Shown: positions 29,641 to 37,022 of the stretch, piece after piece
Position numbering within the stretch: position 1 is the stretch's first letter
Layout: every line of letters begins with the position of its first letter
Origin: an uncultured Gammaproteobacteria bacterium
GTDB lineage: Bacteria; Patescibacteriota; Microgenomatia; CAYFQP01
Reading direction: 5' to 3'
NCBI GenBank assembly: GCA_964345375.1
Contig: CAYFQP010000003.1
Location: 8,875-72,874, forward strand
Length of the DNA: 64,000 nt
Position numbers and translations under genes: made by a program
The notes under the pieces: model-generated
Database searches by the model: none
The model's input: only the letters and a program-made list of their open reading frames with translations
Told to the model about the DNA's origin: nothing

Positions 29641-30198
29641 CTAAGCAGCCCCTGATTGATTACGGCTTGTTTCGTCAACTTTTCTCCTTATTAGAACCTG
29701 CCATTCTCTTTTATCTTGAACGACTTCTTTTCCAATTAAGACTAACTCGAATTTAATTCCGTTTGCTGATTCAGCTAATTTATGAAGTTCTCCACTTAGG
29801 TTATCTTTCTCAATTGACAGGGGTATCTCCCGAGCTCCTCTTTCTCCCGCACTTTCTAGGTCTTCCTTGTATTGTTCATATAAAAATTCAAAATTATGAC
29901 CCATCCTAGATAGTATCACTCCTGCAGCTACGGTCCATTGTGCTTCGGAGACCGTAATAGTCTCTTTGCTAGTCCGGCCTCTCTCCTCGGTTACAACCTC
30001 AATCTCCTGGGGCATTAAACAACACCAATTACCATCTTCTAAATTAACCCTATACGAAACAATCATTGCTTCACTCTCTTCACCGCGTAGAACTTTTTTA
30101 AATTCCTCGAGAAGATAAGCCTGGACTTGTTCAGGCCTTGCTATGAGGCTTAACGAACAGTTTTCTTTAACTATCGGCCCTTTCTCGGCTACTACCAT
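29641..30198 (-). CDS. hypothetical protein
   Basis: 185-aa ORF, no recognised domain. Confidence 0.35.
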   Translation of the reverse strand: MVVAEKGPIVKENCSLSLIARPEQVQAYLLEEFKKVLRGEESEAMIVSYRVNLEDGNWCCLMPQEIEVVTEERGRTSKETITVSEAQWTVAAGVILSRMGHNFEFLYEQYKEDLESAGERGAREIPLSIEKDNLSGELHKLAESANGIKFELVLIGKEVVQDKREWQVLIRRKVDETSRNQSGAA

Positions 30199-30210
30199 TT
30201 CTTCTCCTTA

Positions 30211-30235
30211 AATCAAAAACTGCCTCTGAGGGCAG
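30211..30235 (-). terminator. rho-independent terminator downstream of ftsH
   Basis: CTGCCctcagaGGCAG hairpin followed by T5 on minus strand. Confidence 0.5.
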
Positions 30236-30265
30236 CTTTAAAATCTATTTCTTATTTTACCAGAA

Positions 30266-32158
30266 TTAGTCTTTTTTTTCCTCTTTTTCAACCCTCTTTC
30301 CGACTAGGTTTTCAAACTCTTCCTGTTCTAAGGTCTCTTTCTCCATTAAAGCCTCAGCTACTTTATCAAGTTTTTTTCTTGATTTTTTTAAGATCTCAGT
30401 TGCTTTTCGATAGGTCTTCTCAATAATCTGGTTAACTTCTTTATCTACTTTAGCCGCCATTTCCGGAGAAAGTTTGCTTGGCTCCATCCACATCGCTCGA
30501 CCCATGTCTGAGTATTCAACCTGAGGCCCTAGGTTAATTGGTCCTAAAGCACTCATCCCAAAATCAATCACCATTTTTCGGGCCACTTTAGTTGCCTGAG
30601 AAATATCGTTGGCTGCACCGGTAGTCATTTCCTTAAAAATCAAGTCTTCGGCTGCCCGACCACCTAGTATCGCTGTTATCTGCTCTAGGAGTTCGGATTT
30701 GGTCTTATGAACCCTCTCTCTTAAGGGCGGAATTAAGGTGTGGCCTAAAGAGACTCCCCGGGCAACAATCGAAATTCGAGAAACTGGATCCATGTGGGGT
30801 AAAAAGTGAGTCACTAAAGCATGGCCTGACTCATGATAGGCAGTCATCTTTCGATCCTCTTCGGTCTGGAGTTTTCTCTTGGCTGGCCCAAGCTTAACCT
30901 TAAGGGCCGCTTCATTAATATCAGTCATTTCAATTGATTTTTTATTATTTCTTGCTGCGCCAATGGCAGCTTCATTAAGCATATTTTCTAAATCAGCTCC
31001 AGAAAAACCAACTGTCCTTTTGGCTACTTTTGACCAAGAAACGTCTGGACCAAACGGCTTTCCTCGAGCATGAATTTTTAGAATTGCTTCTCTTTCTTGA
31101 ATATCTGGCATGTCTAAAACTATTCTTCGATCAAATCTTCCTGGTCTTAAGAGGGCCGGGTCAAGGAGATCACCGCGATTTGTAGCTGAAATCACTATCA
31201 CGTTATCATTCGGAGTAAATCCATCCATCTCTACCAAAATCTGATTTAAGGTCTGTTCTCTTTCATCATGACCGCCCATTGCCCCCATCCCTCTCATCCG
31301 ACCAATTGCATCAATTTCATCAATAAAAATAATGGAGGGGGCTGCCTTTTTGGCATTATTGAACAAGTCTCTCACCCGGGCGGCCCCTACTCCAACTAGC
31401 ATCTCCATAAACTCTGAGCCAGCCATTGAGAAAAAAGGAACGGCTGCTTCACCAGCAACTGCTTTAGCCAAGAGGGTCTTACCACAACCAGACGGTCCAA
31501 CTAAGAGAACACCTTTAGGCGTTCGGGCTCCTAGAGCTCGATATTTAGCCGGATGTTTCAAGAAATCAACCACTTCCTCAAGCTCTTTTTTCGCCTCAAC
31601 AATACCGGCAACGTCTTTAAAAGTAATATCCTGCTTGCCTTTAGCAAAAAGTTTGGCCCGAGAACGGCCAAAAGAGAAAATCGAGTCTTGGGCTCCTCTC
31701 GCCTGGCGAATAATGAAGAAAAAGAAAACAGCCATCAAAACCAAAGGTAAAAATGTTCCTAAAATGTCCACCCAGAGGCGGGAAAGTGATTGGTCTTTAA
31801 TGGTCACTTTAACCCTAGTCGGGTCTATCTCCGCGTTCTCAAAAACCTCGGTCATTGATTGACCTGGTTCTTTCCGAGAAACAGCTATTTTATCCTCTTC
31901 TTTATAATTTAAGGTTAAACGGTCGCCCCCAACAACAATTTCATCAACCTTATCTTCTTTAACATCAATTAGAGCCTGAGACAAAGAGATTTCTTCTGTC
32001 TCAGGAGGAAGACCCCCGATTAAAGAGAAGAGAAAAGAAAAACCGATTAAAGAAATAAGAAGCCAGATAATAATATTTTTCGGACTAAAGTTTAGCTTAA
32101 ATTCAAATTTGCGCATTTTACGCTTAGGAGGACTTTTCCTGAGATTAATTCTGGCCAT
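30266..32158 (-). CDS. ftsH: ATP-dependent zinc metalloprotease FtsH
   Basis: GPSGCGKT Walker A, AAA SRH, HESGHAL zinc site; extended -10 TGGTATAAT 12 nt upstream. Confidence 0.92.
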   Translation of the reverse strand: MARINLRKSPPKRKMRKFEFKLNFSPKNIIIWLLISLIGFSFLFSLIGGLPPETEEISLSQALIDVKEDKVDEIVVGGDRLTLNYKEEDKIAVSRKEPGQSMTEVFENAEIDPTRVKVTIKDQSLSRLWVDILGTFLPLVLMAVFFFFIIRQARGAQDSIFSFGRSRAKLFAKGKQDITFKDVAGIVEAKKELEEVVDFLKHPAKYRALGARTPKGVLLVGPSGCGKTLLAKAVAGEAAVPFFSMAGSEFMEMLVGVGAARVRDLFNNAKKAAPSIIFIDEIDAIGRMRGMGAMGGHDEREQTLNQILVEMDGFTPNDNVIVISATNRGDLLDPALLRPGRFDRRIVLDMPDIQEREAILKIHARGKPFGPDVSWSKVAKRTVGFSGADLENMLNEAAIGAARNNKKSIEMTDINEAALKVKLGPAKRKLQTEEDRKMTAYHESGHALVTHFLPHMDPVSRISIVARGVSLGHTLIPPLRERVHKTKSELLEQITAILGGRAAEDLIFKEMTTGAANDISQATKVARKMVIDFGMSALGPINLGPQVEYSDMGRAMWMEPSKLSPEMAAKVDKEVNQIIEKTYRKATEILKKSRKKLDKVAEALMEKETLEQEEFENLVGKRVEKEEKKD

Positions 32159-32189
32159 TTTTCAACCTAAATTATACCAGAAAGAGGTA

Positions 32190-32270
32190 GATTTTGGAAG
32201 ACAATTAAATCAGCCCCATTGCTTTTTTTGCTTCTCGAAGTGTTTTCTTAGCAATCTTAGAGTAATATTC
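32190..32270 (-). repeat. diverged (~85% identity) duplicate of the trpS 3' end plus 3' flank (gene remnant)
   Basis: Encodes EYYSKIAKKTLREAKKAMGLI* vs trpS C-terminus YCSKIAKETLREAKKAMGLI*; matches 33278-33360. Confidence 0.7.
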
Positions 32271-32721
32271 AGCCCAAAATTTCTAGAGTCGCATCTAAAA
32301 ATTTCTTCGCTCCCTCGACTGCTTGTTTAGCTCCTTTCGCTGAATAGATACTTTCGTAATTAGCCGCTTCTCTTAAGCCCATCGCTTCGTCGAAATAATC
32401 GAGCATCCCAGAATCAAGTAATTTTTCTTTGACAAACAACTCTTTAATCGCTACCCCCAGACAATAATGGCCTCTTTCGCGATAGCCCCGTGAGTAAAGA
32501 AGAGCCCTAGCTGAATGGAAAAGAGAATAATAACCGGCGATGGTTGCATATTTAAAGTTTTTACTTCTCAAGAAATTGTTAGCGTTTTTTAAATCCCCTT
32601 TAGCAGCTTTAAGTTCAACCCTCATTTTATTCCTGGCCTTGGGAAACTTGATAATTTTTCTATTTTTCAAGCAATTTTCAAAATCTTTACTCATGTTGCT
32701 CCTCCCAAAGCACTTTACCAT
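32269..32721 (-). CDS. HEPN domain protein (toxin-like component of HEPN-MNT pair)
   Basis: R-x4-H HEPN motif (RERGHY), helical 150-aa protein overlapping MNT gene. Confidence 0.7.
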   Translation of the reverse strand: MVKCFGRSNMSKDFENCLKNRKIIKFPKARNKMRVELKAAKGDLKNANNFLRSKNFKYATIAGYYSLFHSARALLYSRGYRERGHYCLGVAIKELFVKEKLLDSGMLDYFDEAMGLREAANYESIYSAKGAKQAVEGAKKFLDATLEILG

Positions 32722-33232
32722 TGTTTATCTCTTCGTAAAAGACTGGATCTTTCTTCTTAAGTTCCATTAACTCTAGAAAGTTTTTAATCACTGGTTGAAT
32801 TTTTTGACCTATTTTGCTTTCTTTAATCATCTGCTGGACTTGTCTTTTCTCATTAGTGAGAATAAAGAGATCGAAGTCACTCTCGGCTGAATCTTTTCCC
32901 TGAGCGGCACTACCAAAAAGAATAACCTTCTGACTAACTTTCTGAAGTTTAGTAAGGAGAGGTCTTAACAATTCAATGGTGCGGACAACCTTCATTTGAG
33001 AAACCACGGGATCGTTTTGATCTAAAAAATAAACACTCAGGTTCCCCACCTTCACTTTCTCTATCTCCCTGTCAGCCACCTTTTTTTCTAGTATCTGATG
33101 ACAGGTAGAGATACTCGCACCTGAAGTTTGAGCAATTTGAGAAAGATACATCTTTTCACCCCCCACATTGTCTAAAAGAACATTCATTATCTTTTTTTCT
33201 GACCGCATGTTTCTTTTCATAGTTACATCCAC
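32687..33232 (-). CDS. minimal nucleotidyltransferase (MNT) with N-terminal wHTH (antitoxin-like partner of HEPN)
   Basis: LFGSAAQGKDSAESDFDLFILT (GS-x9-DxD), N-terminal HTH-like extension. Confidence 0.75.
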   Translation of the reverse strand: MDVTMKRNMRSEKKIMNVLLDNVGGEKMYLSQIAQTSGASISTCHQILEKKVADREIEKVKVGNLSVYFLDQNDPVVSQMKVVRTIELLRPLLTKLQKVSQKVILFGSAAQGKDSAESDFDLFILTNEKRQVQQMIKESKIGQKIQPVIKNFLELMELKKKDPVFYEEINNGKVLWEEQHE

Positions 33233-33235
33233 TCT

Positions 33236-33276
33236 AAAAGTATTTTCATTATAACGGAAATACTTTTGTGAGTCAA
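33236..33276 (-). promoter_or_regulatory. HEPN-MNT promoter TTGACT-17-TATAAT overlapped by a 10-bp inverted repeat (putative autoregulatory operator)
   Basis: Minus strand CCCCTTGACTcacAAAAGTATTTccgtTATAATgAAAATACTTTT. Confidence 0.55.
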
Positions 33277-33295
33277 GGGGGTGGTTTTGGAAGGA

Positions 33296-34279
33296 TTAAA
33301 TCAGCCCCATCGCTTTTTTGGCTTCTCGAAGAGTTTCTTTAGCGATCTTTGAACAGTACTTTCTCCCCTCCTCTAAAATTCTATCGACTTCTTGAGGGTG
33401 CTCTTCATAGTATTTTCCTCTCTTCTGAATTGGCTCTAATTCTTTATAAATCGCCTGGGCTAATTTCTCTTTGAGTTCAGAATACTTTATCCCTTTACCT
33501 AGATATTGCTTTTCGTAATCTTCCCGTCTTTCTTTGCTAATAAAAAGATCGACTAAAAGAAGCAAATTAGCCACCCCGCCTTCTTTGGGAATACTCTTTC
33601 CATGGCCAACATCAGTCGGCACCTTAGCTAGTTTTTCTTTGATGGTTTTCAAATCATCAGTTAAAAGAATATAGCTTCCTTTAACTGTTTTACTCATTTT
33701 GCCTTTTCCAGTTAAAGAAGGAATATTCTCTCCTTTAGTAGCAAATCTTTTAGTTTCAGGAAAAACAGGTTTAAACATCCGATTAAATCTTCGAGCGATT
33801 TCTCTAGTTACCTCAAGATGGGGCTCTTGGTCTATACCTACTGGCACTAATTCGGCTTTATAGATAAGAATGTCAGCCGCCATTAAGACTGGATAATATA
33901 AAAGGCCTAAATTAATGTATTTAGGAAATTGAGTTTTTCTATCTTTGTAAGTAGGTAATTGTTCTAACCGAGAAACCGGATAAATGGTACTGAAAAGATA
34001 GGCAAGTTCTAAATGTTCAGGGACTTGAGACTGGATCATTAAATGACATTTTTTGGGGTCTAAACCAGCGGCTAAATAATCCAAGACTACCTCCCGAATA
34101 TCTTGTTGAAGAGTCTTGGGTTCATAAGGAGTGGTAATCCCATGAAGATCGACCACGCCATAAATACAATCTAAATCCTTTCTTTCCTGAAGAGCAATAT
34201 AGCCTTTAACTCCACCTAAATAATTGCCGAGATGAAGTCGGCCTGTTGGTCTTGAACCTGAATAAACTCGTTTTTTCAT
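33296..34279 (-). CDS. trpS: tryptophan--tRNA ligase
   Basis: HLGNY (HIGH) and KMSKT class I motifs; ATG 4 nt after tRNA-Trp 3' end. Confidence 0.92.
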   Translation of the reverse strand: MKKRVYSGSRPTGRLHLGNYLGGVKGYIALQERKDLDCIYGVVDLHGITTPYEPKTLQQDIREVVLDYLAAGLDPKKCHLMIQSQVPEHLELAYLFSTIYPVSRLEQLPTYKDRKTQFPKYINLGLLYYPVLMAADILIYKAELVPVGIDQEPHLEVTREIARRFNRMFKPVFPETKRFATKGENIPSLTGKGKMSKTVKGSYILLTDDLKTIKEKLAKVPTDVGHGKSIPKEGGVANLLLLVDLFISKERREDYEKQYLGKGIKYSELKEKLAQAIYKELEPIQKRGKYYEEHPQEVDRILEEGRKYCSKIAKETLREAKKAMGLI

Positions 34280-34283
34280 TCTG

Positions 34284-34354
34284 CAGGGGCGGAGGGAATC
34301 GAACCCCCGATTAGTGTTTTGGAGACACTCGGTATACCACTTACCTACGCCCCT
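34284..34354 (-). tRNA. tRNA-Trp (anticodon CCA)
   Basis: Cloverleaf: acceptor AGGGGCG/CGCCCCT, anticodon loop CUCCAAA, T-loop TTCGATT; CCA not encoded. Confidence 0.8.
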
Positions 34355-34362
34355 TTGCCACC

Positions 34363-34388
34363 AAAAAACTCGCCCGCTCGGCGAGTTT
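34363..34388 (-). terminator. intrinsic terminator (attenuator terminator) upstream of tRNA-Trp
   Basis: Minus strand CUCGCCgagcgGGCGAG followed by U6 (plus-strand A363-368). Confidence 0.65.
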
Positions 34389-34514
34389 AACCAATCACAA
34401 AAACAAACTCCCGGCGGTTACCTGCCGTTAAGTTTGCGCCACCAAGCCTGAACCGTTGCTTTGATTTTAGCTATCATTAGCCTTATTTTAATACTTTCAA
34501 ATTAAACTTGTCAA
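34389..34514 (-). promoter_or_regulatory. promoter (TTGACA 34514-34509) plus leader with alternative antiterminator/terminator structures controlling tRNA-Trp-trpS
   Basis: TTGACA then A/T-rich -10 (TATTAA/TAAAAT); hairpin 34412-34427; segment 34405-34413 can pair with 34379-34388 (terminator 5' arm). Confidence 0.5.
34418..34477 (-). CDS. putative 19-aa leader peptide with tandem Trp codons (MIAKIKATVQAWWRKLNGR)
   Basis: ATG 34477, UGG UGG at 34444-34439, UAA at 34420-34418 inside hairpin; leaderless start right after -10. Confidence 0.5.
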   Translation of the reverse strand: MIAKIKATVQAWWRKLNGR

Positions 34515-34516
34515 GT

Positions 34517-34587
34517 GGCAGGGGTGGGAGTTGAACCCACGACCACTTGTTTATGAATCAAGCGCTCTACCGCTGAGCTACCCTGCC
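34517..34587 (-). tRNA. tRNA-Met elongator type (anticodon CAT; could alternatively be tRNA-Ile2 with lysidine)
   Basis: Cloverleaf with D-loop AGCGGTA, anticodon loop TTCATAA, fully paired G1-C72. Confidence 0.7.
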
Positions 34588-34660
34588 TGGTTGCGGGGCC
34601 AGGAGTTGAACCTGGTCTGTGAGATTATGAGCCTCACGTGCTACCCTACACTACCCCGCT
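34588..34660 (-). tRNA. initiator tRNA-fMet (anticodon CAT)
   Basis: Anticodon loop CUCAUAA; 3' end CCCCGCAACCA identical to E. coli tRNAfMet; position 1 (A) unpaired with A72. Confidence 0.65.
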
Positions 34661-34716
34661 TGTCTGAAGCTAATTCTAACAAATTTACCTTAAGATAGCA
34701 AACAAAAATAAGGGCC

Positions 34717-35073
34717 TTAATTAAACCCAAATAATCCCAACCACTGTTTCCAATTAGGTGTCTCTTCAGTCTCAACTCCTTTCTGACTTAACTCGATCAT
34801 CTCCTGAAAACCCTCTGGTAAAATTACGACTGTTTCTCCTTCTTTTGTTAGCCCTAGTTTTTCCCGCGCCTCTTTTTCTACAAATTCTTCTGATCGAACA
34901 TAATCTAGTTGCTCTTTTAAGGTTTGGGTTTCAACTTTTAATTTTTCAAGTTTAAGCTGTTCCTGTCCAATAATTTTTTCCTTCTGAATTAAATAAATTA
35001 TTCCTCTTGAGAGAGAAACTATAAGATAGAGACTAATAAAAATAACCAGCCCAGAAATAATTTTTTTTCTCAT
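34717..35073 (-). CDS. septum formation initiator family protein (FtsB/DivIC-like)
   Basis: N-terminal TM followed by coiled coil (LKLEKLKVETQTLKEQL). Confidence 0.55.
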   Translation of the reverse strand: MRKKIISGLVIFISLYLIVSLSRGIIYLIQKEKIIGQEQLKLEKLKVETQTLKEQLDYVRSEEFVEKEAREKLGLTKEGETVVILPEGFQEMIELSQKGVETEETPNWKQWLGLFGFN

Positions 35074-35093
35074 CTTTCAGCCTCAATCATTGG

Positions 35094-36002
35094 TTGACAA
35101 CTATCCCCTTCAATGATATTATAGACCCCATCATGGCAGGCGAATTAACCTCTTTTTCTCTTGCTCGAGACAAATTCATTAACCACCTTAAGAATGAAAA
35201 TCGGTCAATCTCCACCATTTTAGCATACGGCAAAGATGTCGAACAGCTGGCCGAATTTCTTAACCAAAAGAAAATCACCCAAGTCACCTCAGTTCAACCA
35301 GAACACATTGAAACTTTTAAAAAAGAGCTTAATAAGAAAGGCTATACGGCCAAGTCCGTCTCCCGAAAACTTAATTCCATCAAAACCTTCTATCGCTTTC
35401 TTAAAAGTGAAGGAGTGGTTGAAAACGACCCGGCCGCCTCAGTCAGCCATCCTAAGTATGAGGTTAAACCTCCTCGAATTCTTTCTAAAATGGAATACCG
35501 GGCTCTTCGCGACGCCTGCCGAGACGATCTCCGCATCGCCACCATTGTTGAGTTAATGCTTCAGACAGGCATCAGAATCGGCGAGGTTTCTCGCCTAGAG
35601 TTAGAGGATATTAAGAACGATGAGCTAGTAATCAGGGCCTATCAATCTCAACCAAACCGAACTCTTCCCTTAAATAAAGCCGCCAAAAGTTCCCTTGACC
35701 GCTATCTTCAAGAGAGACCAAAAACAAGAACTAAATCAGTCTTTGTGACAAAAACTGGTCGGCCTTTACTTGTCCGTAATATTCGAACAGCAATTGACCG
35801 CTATTTTCGAATTGCCGGGATTGAAGATGCTAAAGTCAATGATCTCCGTAATACCTGGATTGCTCATCATCTCAAAGCCGGGACCTCGGTTGTTATCCTC
35901 TCCAAATTAGCTGGCCACAAACGACTTTCGACGACCGAAAAATACCTTCAATTCGCTAAAGAAAAGCCTGAAGGAAAGAAAATCAAACTCGAAGAACTCT
36001 GA
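35094..36002 (+). CDS. tyrosine-type site-specific recombinase (XerC/XerD-like integrase)
   Basis: N-terminal SAM-like core-binding domain, catalytic region with R...HxxR...Y (AHHLKAGTS...LAGHKRLSTTEKY). Confidence 0.75.
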   Translation: MTTIPFNDIIDPIMAGELTSFSLARDKFINHLKNENRSISTILAYGKDVEQLAEFLNQKKITQVTSVQPEHIETFKKELNKKGYTAKSVSRKLNSIKTFYRFLKSEGVVENDPAASVSHPKYEVKPPRILSKMEYRALRDACRDDLRIATIVELMLQTGIRIGEVSRLELEDIKNDELVIRAYQSQPNRTLPLNKAAKSSLDRYLQERPKTRTKSVFVTKTGRPLLVRNIRTAIDRYFRIAGIEDAKVNDLRNTWIAHHLKAGTSVVILSKLAGHKRLSTTEKYLQFAKEKPEGKKIKLEEL

Positions 36003-36881
36003 TCATTGGACTTCGTTTCCGGAAGATCTTTGAAACTGCCCCAAAACTTCCCCAAAATCATATCCATATCTTTCTTCAGCAATTACCTGAAATTTTTCCA
36101 GATCTTCCTCAGATAGTCTTCCAAAAATGGCTCGGAATGAAGAACTAATTTCCTGTTCTACTCTTTCCCTCAACTCAAATTGTCTAAAGTTCTGATTTGT
36201 GACTAAGAAGCGCATATACTCACCAAAGTATTTAGGAAGAAGATGAATCTTAGGACTCTTTAAATAATAATCCAAGTGGTCCGCATATTCGCCAACATTA
36301 CAGCTCAAATCAGCGCACTTAACGGCAAGCGTCTCTTCTTCTTGGCTGATGGATTGGTAATACTTCTCTGTTCTTCCCGAATAAGTCCCCGAGGGAGTTT
36401 CTCGATTCAACCTAGCCAAAAGAGAAATCATCCGATCCGCGTCAATTCCTTGATAATCATGACTATTTTCTCTAAGATAACTTCTTAATTCTTCTTCTGT
36501 CATATGCTTATCTTCTATAAGATCGTGCCAGAGAGCCAGCAGAATGGGTGTTGGCTCTTCGATACCAAACTCTCTTGCTTTTGAAGCAACACTGGTTAGG
36601 TGATAGCCATAAGGGACTCCCTTTTCAATTGGATAAACCTGATCCTTGTGTTTTTCTATGGCTAAGAAAAATCCTTTTAAAATTACTCCTCTCTGTTGCT
36701 CAGGTAAAGATTGGACACTATCCAGAAACCCCCTATATATTTTTGCTACTTTTTCATTTTTAGTTTGCTCTCTTAATGTGGCCAGCGCTCTTTCTTCTTG
36801 AAGTTCTGGAGGAAGATATTCCTCCCATTTAATCTCTTCTATCTTTGAAGGTAATTCGGCTATCTCTATTCCTTCTTCCAT
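36003..36881 (-). CDS. HD-domain phosphohydrolase (RelA/SpoT-type (p)ppGpp hydrolase-like)
   Basis: GYHLTSVA...ILLALWHDLIEDKHM matches HD motif of alarmone hydrolases. Confidence 0.55.
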   Translation of the reverse strand: MEEGIEIAELPSKIEEIKWEEYLPPELQEERALATLREQTKNEKVAKIYRGFLDSVQSLPEQQRGVILKGFFLAIEKHKDQVYPIEKGVPYGYHLTSVASKAREFGIEEPTPILLALWHDLIEDKHMTEEELRSYLRENSHDYQGIDADRMISLLARLNRETPSGTYSGRTEKYYQSISQEEETLAVKCADLSCNVGEYADHLDYYLKSPKIHLLPKYFGEYMRFLVTNQNFRQFELRERVEQEISSSFRAIFGRLSEEDLEKFQVIAEERYGYDFGEVLGQFQRSSGNEVQ

Positions 36882-36911
36882 CGATCAATTCCAATATAAG
36901 TTATAAGAAAG

Positions 36912-36983
36912 TGGGCCCGGAAGGAGTCGAACCTTCGTCTGGACTTTATAAGAATCCCATTCTCACCGTTGAACTACGGGCCC
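36912..36983 (-). tRNA. tRNA-Ile with anticodon UAU
   Basis: Acceptor GGGCCCG/CGGGCCC, anticodon stem GGATT/AGTCC, loop CTTATAA (34-36 = TAT), T-loop TTCGACT. Confidence 0.65.
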
Positions 36984-37022
36984 AACTGTATTATATCAGA
37001 ATTCAGCCTCAATTGTTAGTCA

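Noticed and set aside
32269-33232. HEPN-MNT pair as a novel system
   Set aside because: It is a well-known type II/VII toxin-antitoxin architecture; only its insertion context is notable
34354-34516. T-box riboswitch upstream of trpS
   Set aside because: The leader is only ~115 nt with no Stem I or specifier loop, and only a loose resemblance (GGTAACCGCCGG) to the T-box consensus; the tandem-Trp leader peptide with alternative hairpins fits better
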